Part shown: piece by piece, positions 9,963 to 21,426 of the stretch | How the letters are laid out: every line of letters starts with the position of its first letter | Position numbering within the stretch: position 1 is the first letter of the stretch | DNA from: Craspedostauros australis | Lineage: Eukaryota | DNA length: 33,459 nucleotides | Direction of reading: 5' to 3' | Assembly (NCBI GenBank): GCA_030167865.1 | Contig: JALAGF010003761.1 | Span: forward strand, 1 to 33,459 | Made by a program: the position numbers and the translations under genes | The notes under the pieces: model-generated | The model's database searches: none | Seen by the model: the letters and a program-made list of their open reading frames with translations, nothing else | What the model was told of the DNA's origin: nothing

Positions 9963-10750
9963 ATGGTATGTTTGCGCTGATGCGTGCATCGCTTCTGCAG
10001 TTGCTTCCTTCGTGGCAGATGAACGCGTCAATCCTGCTCCTGTGGCTGGCGCTGTTGACAACGATGGTCAATGGGGTTGCATGAAAGCAACGGATGGTGA
10101 ATTCACGTCTCACTTTGCCTTGGTTTGGCCACCCGAAGCATGTCTGGACCAGAGTATTTCCAGACTCTGCTGCCACCATGGTAAATCATATTGTGCTCTC
10201 TTTCTGCGCTGTCTGTGACATCATCAACCTCTCACACAATCGAACCTCATCGCATTTTCCGTCTTCCGCCAATACTGGCAACATTGGCAACGTCATTGCG
10301 AATCAATCATGACAACACTCATGTCTACTCTTCTCTACCACATTCACGCAGGCTGACGAAGGATACGACCCACGCAGATCGAAGGTCTCCGATGACCGCA
10401 TGGAGGAATGGCGCACGACCCCCATTACAGGCGATCTGTCGGAAGTCCCAGGCATTGGTCCAGCGGCGATCCGCAAGCTGCAGGAGCTCGATGACGACAA
10501 CGAAAAGATCACCAACACCTTCCAGCTCTTCGGCAAGTTCCTCATGCTGAAAGGACCGGACTCCGATGACCACCAGGTGGGATCCATCGAGCACACGCAG
10601 AAGTTCTGGGAATTCCTGAAGAACCGAGGCATTTCGTCCCATCGATCCGCCATCGTCAAGGCCATCGCCGAGAAGTCGGCCACATTCTTTTCTGGAATTT
10701 ACGACGCTGCGGACTTTGAGGATGATTCCGACGACGAGGATGAGGAATAG
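9963..10750 (+). CDS. Barrier-to-autointegration factor (BAF/BANF)-like small DNA-binding protein (about 133 aa)
   Basis: Main exon 10352-10750 follows the acceptor CACGCAG and reads ADEGYDPRRSKVSDDRMEEWRTTPITGDLSEVPGIG...FQLFGKFLMLK...FWEFLK. By eye this aligns with BAF (EPMGEKPVGSLAGIG...YVVLGQFLVLK...FREWLK). The first exon is probably ATG only (ATG|GTATGT at 9963-9965; alternative ATG|GTAAAT at 10178-10180). Confidence 0.72.
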
Positions 10751-11892
10751 ATGTGCGTGAAGGCGGCGCGGCGCGGTTCTGTACATGGTGCGGTGCCATT
10801 TTAACACTGTGCAGGAATGCACTGCCATGTGCGAAGATTTCTCGAACGTATGGTCATCGGAAATTTGCAATGCATTGCTTCGCAACGTAACGTGCAGCGT
10901 CCCTCTTCCTCCATTTGAAAATTGGGGCGAGGCGATGCGCACTGCTGAATTGATGAACATGCAGAGGCATCTTGATGGGAGGGATTCTGATCGCCCTGTG
11001 CCAGCATGGTGGACGACGATGGGCAGTATGTCGCCCACACTGCGTTCGGCATGCCACCAATCCATCACCATCATCACATGTAATAGATTTCAATGTACAA
11101 TAGTATTGCATCAACAAATGCTCGCAGAGCTTCGCGCGCATTCAGACTCATTGGCGAGTGTCTGCTTTGTGCAGCCGAATTTGGCGATCAATGTTTTGGT
11201 ATGAAGTCTTGGGCATTAGCAGGCTGATCTTGGGTTTGGCACGTGGAGGAATACATTCCGGCCCCACGTGCAAGTGAGCAGCACCACATGGCGCTGCGGT
11301 GATGAGAAAGACTTGGAGTTTGTGGCGGAGACTTGGCGAATTTGGACACGACTGCGTTGGAAATCTGTCGATTAATGACATTTCATGTCGCAACATCAAG
11401 TTTCGTTATGTAAATGTGGGTCTTGGCGACGAATAGAACGCACCTCTCACATAAGGACGCGTGGTATCAACGGTCATGGCCGCGCACAACAACTCCTTTG
11501 TCTCCGCCAAATTACAAACCATTCAAGCATGCTGTTCGTCACGAAAGATATGTTTGTGTAGTGGTGGCAATCATCTCCACGGAGTCTCACGGACGTACTA
11601 TACTCACAGTTGCATCGACTACACTCTCTGTTACGACGGCGTTGCGCAGATGGAGCACCCATTTCAATCATAGGGCAGTGCATCAACGATTGATGTGCAT
11701 CCCTCCACTTCTCTTTCGCTTCCAACCTTTTGGGAGGAATCATCGTACAATCCGAACATTTCTCATTCCTCCTCAGTCGCATCGAGTATGGCAAAGTCCT
11801 CCGCTCCACTCGACAGCACCATGACGATGCAGATGACGATGCAGATGACGAGGAGACGAAGACAGTCGACCGTTGCATTCCCTTGGACGACA

Positions 11893-14800
11893 ATGAGATG
11901 CCGTCTGCTGCTGGTGTGGCTGTGCATGCTGCCACTCATCCGATCGACGACCGCCGCAAGCATGAGAGGCCGACGATCAGAAGCAGGCAGCGCCGAGGAC
12001 GCTCCGCCGCCGCTGCGCATCCCCATGAGAGTGGCAGACGATATCGCCGTCTCCATCGCCTCCAACGACGCTCAATGCATCTACGAGATCCATCATGCCG
12101 ACGCATCCTTCATCTCCATCCACTTTGCGCACATCCGTATCAGCGACGGCCGATGTCGTATCCACGTCGTCAGCGATCTGTCCGAGGCGCCCGATCAAAT
12201 CACCGTGTTGGAACAGGACGATACGCAGCGGCGGCAGTGGGCGCGGCATGTTTACGGCGATACGGCCTACGTCGTGCTGGTCTGCGACGACGAGCTGGAT
12301 GCGGCGCAGCATGTGGCGTTTCATATTGACAAGTACGCGGCCGGGTATCCCAATCAAGACGAACTGCAGAAACACGAACTGTTTCCGGAGGCGGATGGCA
12401 AGCAGCACCGACTGCTGCGATCCAATGCGACGCGCCGTGAGCTGCGCATCTGCGGTGCCAGCAACCTCGAGGATATTACGTGTTTGCAGCAGTCGCATCC
12501 TTCCGTCTATCGGCATTCGCGTGTCGTGGCGCGGTTGTTGATCAATGGACACAGTCTGTGCACCGGATTCCTCGTGGGGTCGGCCGATTACTTTCTGACG
12601 AATGAGCATTGCATCGGTTCGCAGAGCGATCTCGATAACACCGTCATCGAGTTTGATTTGGAGGATGAATGTGGCGGCACGATCGGCCACGATATCTTCG
12701 GGCTGCGAGGTCATGTGCTGGAGGATAAGTCGTGGAATCCGCACGTGTTGGTCTACGTGGATGAGAGGGTGGATTATGCTCTTATTCGGCTCGCCGGGTT
12801 TCCAAGCAAGAAGTACGGGTGAGTGGCGGTGGGGTTCTTGAAGGATGTCAAGTGTTGGTGCCGAAGTATCTCTGTTGGTATCGCCACGTTTCCTCGTTGG
12901 TCGTAGTTGGTCCATAGCCGTGGAGGATTGGCGACACCATGTTCTCACCATCGATCACCCATGTTGCACCGTCTTCTCCACTCCACTCGACCATACGCTA
13001 CATCCCATCGCATCGGTCGCAGATACTTGAACTACAATAAGAAGTACGACGCCGGTCAACAGATCTACATCCCGCAGCATCCGTGGGGACGTTCCAAGGA
13101 GATTGGATTCAAGGACACCAGCTCTGGCACCGGCTTCTGTCAGATGAGAAGCAAGAACTTCGACTATACTTGCGACACCGAACCCGGCACGTCCGGTTCG
13201 CCCATCATCTCGTATCCCGAAAACGAACTGCTTGGTCTGCACCGTGGCGCGTGGGGCAGGTGTTACAACTACGGCATCCCGGCCAAGAACTTTGAGAAGG
13301 AGCTCAAGGATCGCATCTACACTCCGGTTCCGCCGCCGCCCGCGCCACCCACGATGAGTCCCACCAGCCAGCCGACTTCCAATCCGACGTCGAGGCCGAC
13401 CTCACGGCCCACGTCCAATCCGACATCGCAGCCGACGTCGAGGCCTACGGCTCAACCAACATCAGCGCCGACTTCCAATCCAACGGCAAGTCCGACGTCT
13501 CAACCGACTTCGCAACCTACGTCACAGCCGACGTCGAGGCCTACGTATCAGCCAACATCAGCGCCGACTTCAATTCCAACGACAAGTCCGACATCTCAAC
13601 CGACTTCGCAACCTACTTCACAGCCGACGTCGAGACCCACATCAGCGCCGACTTCAATTCCAACAACAAGACCGACATCGCAGCCGACTTCGCAACCGAC
13701 TTCACAGCCGACGTCGAGACCCACATCACAGCCCACTTCAAATCCGACATCGCAACCTACCTCGCAGCCGACAGCTAGTCCGACGTCTCCACCTACATCA
13801 TCGCCGACTTCAAATCCCACTTCTCAACCGACATCAGCACCGACCTCACAGCCGACTTCAAATCCAACGTCTCAACCGACACTCGCACCTTCAGTAAGTC
13901 CGTCGAAGGAGCCTTCGACACCACCCACAATGATTCCAACAGCAGGCCCAACTCCAATACCAACGACGCAGCCCACTTCGGAACCATCAGGAGGGCCATC
14001 GTCAGATCCAACCATGCAGCCGACATCAACGCCAAGCCACTTACCCTCGGCAGAACCGTCGCTCGAGCCTTCCCAACTTCCAAGCGCGACACCAAGCCAG
14101 ACACCGACGTCAGCGCCCACCATACTGCATTCACATTCACCTACTTCGGCACCAACGATGGCGCCGAGCGATATCCCCAGCGTGGTGCCAAGTGCACTGC
14201 CCAGCTCATTGCCGAGCATGTCGCCAACGGGTGAACCAACTCGAGATCCCAGTCAAGAACCATCACAGGTGCCCAGCCAGCCTCCAAGTGTTGGTCCATC
14301 GCAGCGACCAAGCATGTATCCAACGTCATCGCCATCTGCGCAACACTCATGGTCTCCGACTTACAGCATGGAACCGAGCGGATCGCCGTCGATGATACCT
14401 TCGTCAACGCCGTCTGCGCAACATTCGTGGTCGCCGACTCATAGTATGGAACCGAGCGGATCACCGTCAATGGTTCCGTCGGCATCACCTACGGGTTCAC
14501 CATCGAACCAAGCATCGCAGCATCCCACGATTCAGCCGACTGGTGAACCTAGTGCCGGGCCAACCATAAAACCTTCAGCACAGCCCACGTCGCGACCCAG
14601 CGGAATTCCATCCGCTTTGCTGACAGACGAACCATCGCCGTCTCCGACGAATGCGCCAACCTCTGGACGCATTGATTGGACCACCGAGACCTTCGAGCCA
14701 AGCTCAATACCATCCGACGCGCCGTCTCTGGTTCCCACGCAGATAGTAGTAGAACCACCATCGCGTGATGCAATAGGCGTCATCTCGGATGCGCCCACGA

Positions 14801-15654
14801 ACACGCCGAATTCGATGGAGGCAGATACGTGGATTCCCAGTTCCATTCCGTCCGACGCACCGTCCGTTGTTCCCACGCAGATCATAGCTCCACCATCGGC
14901 TGATGCGATCGTCGTCATAACGGAAGCACCCGTGAATCGGGAAGAGTCCAACTTTACCGGCAATCCGTTGGACGATACCCTTCTGCCAAGCTCCATTCCA
15001 TCGGACGCACCGTCGTTGGTGCCCACGCAGATGGGAACCGCATCATCATGGGATGCCTCTTTGGACATCGCAAGTGAAGAACCTGCGACTCAGCCGTCCA
15101 ACAATTCCACCTCGGCTTTGGAAGACAACGACACGTGGATGCCCAGCTCCATTCCGTCGGATTCCCCGTCTTTGGTGCCATCGCAGATAGGAACTCGAGA
15201 TTCCTTGCATCTGGAGGCAGATTTGATCCTAGCACTACCGTCGGCCGCACCGAGTTCCGAACCGACGCGTTCTCCGGCGCCCACGAGCGAATTCTTGGCA
15301 CAAGCCCAAACGGCCAGCCACGCGTGGGCTGTCTGCGATGATATAGATCTGTGCGGCGGCCTGATGTGGATCAAACGATCCCCGCTCGAGACGTCGCACA
15401 CGATCCGATGCTGCGCCGATGCGGCGGCCGATGGTTTCGAGATCATTCAGCCTTATTGCAGGATCTACTCGGAACCATCGAACGATGACGCGTGTCCGGA
15501 GATGTTCGGGACGTTGTACGACGGCATTGGCATATGCGAGCGCAAGGGTGGTCGGCTTTGCACGTTGGTGGAAGTGGCGTCCGGGTGCACGTCGCGGCAT
15601 GTGTGTTCCGAAGATGATCCCGTGATCTGGACGTCGTCGCTATTTGGTGTGTAG
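11893..15654 (+). CDS. Secreted trypsin-like serine protease with mucin-like PTS stalk and C-terminal Cys-rich module (about 1185 aa, 2 exons)
   Basis: Exons 11893-12818 and 13023-15654. Signal-like MRCRLLLVWLCMLPLIRSTTAA. Catalytic triad motifs CTGFL..LTNEHC (His), VDYALIRL (Asp) and DTEPGTSGSP (Ser). PTSx repeats follow, then a terminal RCCAD...C...GGRLCT..E...C...IWTS module. The start could be at an upstream Met (11821). Confidence 0.88.
12819..13022 (+). other. Spliceosomal intron of the protease gene (204 nt)
   Basis: GG|GTGAGT ... CGCAG|A gives KKYG-YLNY in frame. Confidence 0.88.
13345..15190 (+). repeat. Coding low-complexity repeats: 12-nt P(T/S)xx units, 2x PSAQHSWSPTxSMEPSGSPSM, 4x PSSIPSD(A/S)PS(L/V)VP(T/S)Q
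   Basis: Directly visible in the translation and the DNA. Confidence 0.9.
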
Positions 15655-16102
15655 CGGTTTAGAGATTGGTGCCATCGCCAATTCTAGGAGAATTTGTGTG
15701 GTATGGTGCATACAGTCTCATCGTACAACGTCATAAAGTAGAGTTGTACTAGTAACAATAGAGCCTGTTCGTGCCGATGGATTCAGCCCGAGTGTTCCCT
15801 GGTGACTGCCTCATCGGATGCTCATCTGTTTGTGTCCATAGTTTGTTGCCTCCAACCTGGAAATGGAGAACTCGAATCTCGGGCTTCTCAGAGATTCCCG
15901 CGCTGCAGAAACGAAGCGAAGCCTCCCAACGCCATCCTGTCCGCCATCTCCACGCCTCCAAGAATGCACGACTCCGGTGGCAGAACAAGAACAAATGCAA
16001 CAAATGGATCATAAAACCACGCAGAACCACACAACAAGCAACCAAGAAAACAGGACCCAAGAAAGAAAACAAAAACGACCAAGAAAGAAAACAACCGCGA
16101 CG

Positions 16103-17401
16103 ATGAGAGACACGAAGGAAACAAACGACTGCACGCAGAACAGGCCGGATCCATTGATCTGCACCGTATCGGAGGCCGACAACGATCCCACGCCCACAGG
16201 CCACACGCGAGACGCCGTGCGCAGGGACAACATCTGCCACAGATCCGTCTTCGTCGTGCTGCGCGGTTGGGAGGCGCAAGATGCTGTCTTGCTGCGGACG
16301 AACGACGATGATGCATCGTCGTGCAAGACGCTCAACGACATGGTGCACAACGGCGAAGCCTACCAAGATGCGGCGGAACGACTCATCCAGCAGCAGCTGC
16401 AAATCAAGGAGCTGCGGATCGGAAAGAGCGGCAAGATCCCCTCCAAGGACGACGCGCCCACGTTGGTGCAGCATTTCCGCTTTCATTTCAAGGACGCCAT
16501 GAGCTGCATCTGGGGACAGCTCTACGAGTGCTGGTGCGATCATGGCGACGTCGTTGCACAAGACATGAAGCGCGTGTCGTTGGCCGACCTCGTTGCCATG
16601 TCTGCAGACGACGACCATGCCCACGCGCTGCGCCTGTACCTGCAGCGATTGCACGACATCAAGGTCAACCGCCGCATGCTCAAGGGATACTCCAGCAGCG
16701 ATCTGTCGAGCTACGAGATGCGTCCCAAACCCAAGGTCATCTTCTTCGATTGCGACGACACGCTCTACTTCGATGGGTGGAAGACGGCGAATCAATTGAC
16801 GGCCAAGATCAACGAATGGTGTATGAACGAGGTGGGTCTGCCGGACGGCGCGGCCTACGAGCTCTACAAGAAGCACGGCACGGCCTTGAAGGGTCTGCTG
16901 GCGGAAGGTCTCCTCGACAACACGGACGAGGCCATCGACGAGTTCTTGCGCAAAGTGCACGACATTCCCATCAAGGACCTCATCCAACCGGATCCGAAAC
17001 TGCGCAGCATGCTCGCGTCGTTGGATCCCAGCATCGCCCGCTTCATCTTCACGGCCAGCATCAGCGATCATGCCCAGCGCTGCATCGAAGCCTTGGGCGT
17101 CGCCGACATGTTCGAACCCACCATCATCGACGTCAAGGCCTGTCACTTGGAAACGAAGCACGCATTGGCTTCGTTCCACCGCGCCATGGAGATCGCCGGC
17201 ATCACGAATCCGGAAGATTGCCTCTTCTTCGATGACTCCATCAAGAACATCCAGACGGCGCGGCAGGTGGGATGGAGGGGGATCCTCGTGGGGAGGATTG
17301 GCCGCGATTCCGGGACGGCCATCAGCACGGAACACGCCGAGGTCGAACTCGATACCATTCATGATATGCGCGACGTCTTTCCGGAGTTGTTTTCTTCGTG
17401 A
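16103..17401 (+). CDS. HAD-superfamily pyrimidine 5'-nucleotidase-like (SDT1-type) protein with an N-terminal degenerate Nudix domain (about 432 aa)
   Basis: HAD motifs IFFDCDDTLY, LYKKHGTALKGL, IFTAS, ETKH and LFFDDSIKNI. The N-terminal part has R..VRRDNICHRSVFV, GEAYQDAAERL and F.F......IWGQLYEC, typical of IDI/YfcD-like Nudix proteins. The ORF is open from 15863, but 16020-16100 looks like a CA-rich leader. Confidence 0.85.
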   Translation: MRDTKETNDCTQNRPDPLICTVSEADNDPTPTGHTRDAVRRDNICHRSVFVVLRGWEAQDAVLLRTNDDDASSCKTLNDMVHNGEAYQDAAERLIQQQLQIKELRIGKSGKIPSKDDAPTLVQHFRFHFKDAMSCIWGQLYECWCDHGDVVAQDMKRVSLADLVAMSADDDHAHALRLYLQRLHDIKVNRRMLKGYSSSDLSSYEMRPKPKVIFFDCDDTLYFDGWKTANQLTAKINEWCMNEVGLPDGAAYELYKKHGTALKGLLAEGLLDNTDEAIDEFLRKVHDIPIKDLIQPDPKLRSMLASLDPSIARFIFTASISDHAQRCIEALGVADMFEPTIIDVKACHLETKHALASFHRAMEIAGITNPEDCLFFDDSIKNIQTARQVGWRGILVGRIGRDSGTAISTEHAEVELDTIHDMRDVFPELFSS

Positions 17402-17907
17402 GAAAACATGGGATGAGGTGTCTGCGGACTTTAATAGAGATACGTGGATTAAGTATAGATGCCATCTGTACGCAAGTGAAAGCATCTGTGTACGAGTATG
17501 GCACAAAGACAACGAGCAACGCAACACAATCCATCCTCTAGAGTAGTCCGGAATAATCTATCTTCAATTTATTTAGACTCACTTCTCCACGTGGACATGG
17601 TATCTTGGTCTGCACTGCGTCCGTATTGGCGCCAATCATTCCCATCGGCACGACGCCAACGCGAAGGAGAGCGTTGATGTCAAGGAACAAAACGAAAGGA
17701 ACAGAAGCGTCCAGCCGACAGCAACGATCGACCATACTCTGACAACATCATAGAATACTTACTTTGCAATACGTACAATACATACATACTTTACAGCTCG
17801 GAGGAACGATACTGATGCATTGCATTTGAGTGTTCGCAACAGATCATATCCATTCAATCAACAAAGAGACGGCCACAGCCGATCAACGCGAACAAAGACC
17901 CTGCGCG

Positions 17908-18420
17908 ATGACGAGATTCATCATCCTGGCGATGGCGCTGTGTGCATCGACGGCCTCCGCCTTTTGCGTGACACCGCAACGTTCTGCGATCGCATCCATG
18001 CGGCTCTTTGCGGAACAAGACTCCGAAAAGGTTCCGATTCGCAGAGGCGGCAATCGGCGGAGGTTCCGCGATGATGATGACGAGGATGAATATTACGACG
18101 ATCGTTACCGAACGGGTGGCCAACAGAGCGACGAGTACGGCGTGTACGATGACGACGATTACGATGATGAATATGATGAGGACGATGAATACGATGAGGA
18201 GGAGGAAGATTACGCACTGCTGTCCAATGTCATTGTGGAGAATCCGTTGCTGGATAACATTGATCCGGATGGCACCTTCGATCGGTTGCCAGAACTCCTC
18301 TCGGATGGAAAGTTCTGGTTCGACGTCTTCATCTTCATCAACATCCTCAACTTCCTCAGCGCCATCGGACCTCGGGATGCGATGCCCAATGGCGTGCCAT
18401 GGGCTGGTCTGCCCTCTTAG
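17908..18420 (+). CDS. Plastid-targeted hypothetical protein with Asp/Glu/Tyr-rich region and C-terminal hydrophobic helix (170 aa)
   Basis: MTRFIILAMALCASTASAF-CVTP fits the signal peptide plus ASAF motif. Acidic tract follows, then the hydrophobic segment FWFDVFIFINILNFLSAIG. Confidence 0.8.
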   Translation: MTRFIILAMALCASTASAFCVTPQRSAIASMRLFAEQDSEKVPIRRGGNRRRFRDDDDEDEYYDDRYRTGGQQSDEYGVYDDDDYDDEYDEDDEYDEEEEDYALLSNVIVENPLLDNIDPDGTFDRLPELLSDGKFWFDVFIFINILNFLSAIGPRDAMPNGVPWAGLPS

Positions 18421-19126
18421 ACTGTCGCATTTATTCTCGATCCCAACAGTTGCATACACGCATGGACGCGACGAAGCCACAACAACGACGAGCAAGCCAT
18501 TCTCGACTCCGTGGAGCGTCCAATTCGATGTCATTTCCGCAAAAGGCAAACAGACAACATTCCAACGCATTCATTGAAAGCTCAATCAGAACCAACGCAT
18601 GATACACTCCAATCCCACCACTCACTCTCAGCAACACAAAGACTGATGCAACTGCACAAAGATGGCGGTACCGTACTCGCTCACTCACTGACTTACTCAA
18701 CGATTCTCTACTTTTCACATCCAGTCCAGCAGACTTCAGGCCAGCGGTGATCATCCCGTGAATTCCCGATGGCCTCTACTACATTCTTCACTCTCGGACC
18801 GAGCAATGATTTCGGGATGTGCCCAATTCTGTGAGACGGATGCTCAAACGATCGCACAGCAACAGCACAAACTGGGGCAGCACAAGGCGATCCAACAAGA
18901 GAACAGCCACAGCGAGGGGCACAAGTATAGGCACAGACACAAGCGAAGATCAAGAGACGATACATCGCGCCAAAGCATCATCATCAACAAAGACTCATCA
19001 ACGACAACAAAACAACAGCTAAACCAACCACTACACTCTGCTCCACTCCACAAGCATTCCATCCACATTCTATCGCGCTTCTGCACCGGATGATATGATG
19101 CATAAATCGCGTACTGCAATGCAGCC

Positions 19127-19459
19127 ATGGACATCATTTTGTTTGTCTGTTGCATCTTCCTCTTGTGCATCGTTGCGGATGCGCAAGACTGCACCGTTCT
19201 GTATCATTTGCGCAGCGATGGCGAATTGGAAATCATCGACAGCGCCACGGACGAAACCGCGATGGCTGTATTGCGAATGGATAGTCGTGGTGAACAGCTG
19301 GTTTGTGTCTTCATATCTCCCATGCAGATAGGCCGACGGCATGTCGTTGATGATGGCCCATACTTTCGGGAAGATGCCGTCACCAAGATTGAAATGGTCG
19401 GAAACATTGACGACGACGATGACGACGATGACGACGACGACGATGATCTTGTCTTCTGA
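19127..19459 (+). CDS. Small putative secreted protein with a poly-Asp tail (110 aa)
   Basis: Signal-like MDIILFVCCIFLLCIVADA and 13 Asp at 19409-19447 encoded by mixed GAC/GAT. CA-rich upstream leader. No family recognised. Confidence 0.5.
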   Translation: MDIILFVCCIFLLCIVADAQDCTVLYHLRSDGELEIIDSATDETAMAVLRMDSRGEQLVCVFISPMQIGRRHVVDDGPYFREDAVTKIEMVGNIDDDDDDDDDDDDDLVF

Positions 19460-19635
19460 CAAGGATGGTGATAACCATCTCTGAGTATAGATACGTCGTA
19501 TGAGTACTTGTAGAAGGAAGTGCCAAGGGCGCTACAGGAACCAAGTTTAATAGACTCCGCACACAACCTCCGCCAATACAAACGTAGAGCACATGTAGTA
19601 AAACGATAAAGGAATCTACTCTAGTTTCGATCGCA

Positions 19636-21300
19636 TTACGCAAAGTAATCCAGCGACCCCTTCTTCTTGGCGGCCACGACCGTGATCGCCTCCACAAAGT
19701 CCTCGTGGAAGATCTCTGTCGATTCTCTTCTCAGCGCCAGCATACCAGCCTCGACGCAGATGGCCTTGAGTTGCGCGCCGTTGAAGTCTTCGCAACCGCG
19801 GGCAAGCTCTTCGTAGACGACCTCGGTGTGCACGTTCATTTTGCGGGAGTGAATTCGCAGGATCTTTGCACGCGCGGCCTCGTTGGGGTGCGGGAGCTCG
19901 ATCTTACGATCCAAACGTCCGGATCGCAGCAGGGCAGGATCCAGCACGTCGGGTCTATTCGTGGCAGCGATGACCTTGATCATCTCGTTGGATGAGAATC
20001 CATCCAGCTGCGAGAGCAGCTCCAGCATGGTTCTCTGAACCTCACGATCTCCGGACTGGTCGCCACCGAAGCGCTTGGTTCCGATGGCATCGATCTCATC
20101 GATGAAGAGGATGGCGCCGGCGCTCTCGCCTCCCTTAATCTTCGCCTTCGCAAGCTCGAAGGCATCGCGAATGAGCTTGGCACCATCTCCGATGAACATC
20201 TGCACGAGCTGCGGTCCGGCGAGCTTGAGGAAGATGGCGTTGGTCTGATTGGCGCAGGCACGCGCAAGCAAGGTCTTTCCCGTTCCCGGAGGTCCGTGCA
20301 GCAGCACGCCCTTCGGTGGCCGAATGCCGATGGTGTCAAACATGTCCTTGTGCGTCATGGGCAGCACGACCGCCTCGATCAATTCCTGAATCTGCTGATC
20401 TGCCCCACCGATGTCTGAGTATTCCTCGGAGGGACGTTCATCCACCTCCATGGCTTGGACGCGGGAGTCGAACTCCTCCGGCAACTTCTCGAGGATGAGG
20501 TAGGAGTCCTTGTTGGTTCCCACCAAGTCGGACGGTTTGAGCTCCTTGGGATCCACAAGACCTGGGATGGGCAGGAAGATGGTCTGCCGGGTGGACGTTC
20601 GCACCACGGCAGATCTGATCTTGCGTTCTGCGCTATCATTGCCAGAATCCGCATCCTTCTCCTCTTGAATCATGCCTGCAAGTTAACATGCGATTCGTGT
20701 TGCATTGTGTTGAACAGTGATGAAGAGTGGCGCGGTGGGAGGAAGGGGGGTGTGTTTATGACCGAGCATTGAGCAGTGTTGCAAAATGTGAGGCCAACGT
20801 TGACACAAGGCGCGCAATGGTTTTGCACGAACAGCCAAGAATGCACAGAGCTGCAATAGGCAGCACACTGCGTGAATGGTTGCACAAGCAAGATGGCATG
20901 ATATAACCATACATGATATAACCACAAACGATACAACCATACACGATAGAAGCGCACATGAAACAGACCGCGAACAGAGACACGCACCATCTTCAGCATC
21001 GGGCTCCAGAATCTCAACGACGTTGGCCACCAGGTACGGCAGCTGCTTGTTGAGCTTGACCTTTTCTTGGTTCTCGCGGATGCGCTCTCGCTGTCCGCGC
21101 GACTCGTGCGTGATGCGTTGTACGTCCGACTTCATGATGCGGATGTCGTTGTTGATCAGGTGGGTGCGCTGCCGCAGCTCATCGACGCTCATGTGGCGCG
21201 TGTCATCGTCCTCCATGCTGGCCTCCTTCGATTCCTCGGCCGTCGCGTTGCCGCTGCCGTCGCCCCAGATATCATCGCCTTCCAAATCGTCTGCGGACAT
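19636..21300 (-). CDS. RPT5: 26S proteasome regulatory ATPase subunit 6A (450 aa, 2 exons)
   Basis: Exons 21300-20988 and 20675-19636. Motifs [76 protein letters not shown], and a C-terminal HbYX motif (LDYFA). Confidence 0.97.
20676..20987 (-). other. Spliceosomal intron of RPT5 (312 nt)
   Basis: G|GTGCGT ... TTGCAG|GC joins EDG-MIQEE in frame. Confidence 0.88.
20900..20959. repeat. 15-nt degenerate minisatellite (about 4 copies) in the RPT5 intron
   Basis: GATATAACCATACAT / GATATAACCACAAAC / GATACAACCATACAC / GATAGAAGCGCACAT. Confidence 0.75.
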
Positions 21301-21405
21301 CTTTCAATTCTTTGCTTTGCTGTGCTGTGCCGTGCGTTTCGTATTCTTCTTGCAATGATCAAGCAACGTCTGTGTTGCTCTGGATTGCTTTCCTCTGTCG
21401 CTCTA

Positions 21406-21426
21406 TCTCTCTCTCTCTCTCTCTCT
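21406..21426. repeat. (CT)n microsatellite upstream of RPT5
   Basis: Directly visible. Confidence 0.9.

Noticed and set aside
10785-11204. 139-aa ORF downstream of the BAF-like gene
   Set aside because: No codon bias or motif; probably 3' UTR or intergenic.
13345-14000. PTSQ repeats as a separate satellite or mobile element
   Set aside because: Synonymous variation preserves the peptide repeat within one ORF, so it is a coding stalk.
15749-17527. 592-aa ORF on the minus strand
   Set aside because: Antisense shadow of the GC3-biased Nudix-HAD gene; no motifs of its own.
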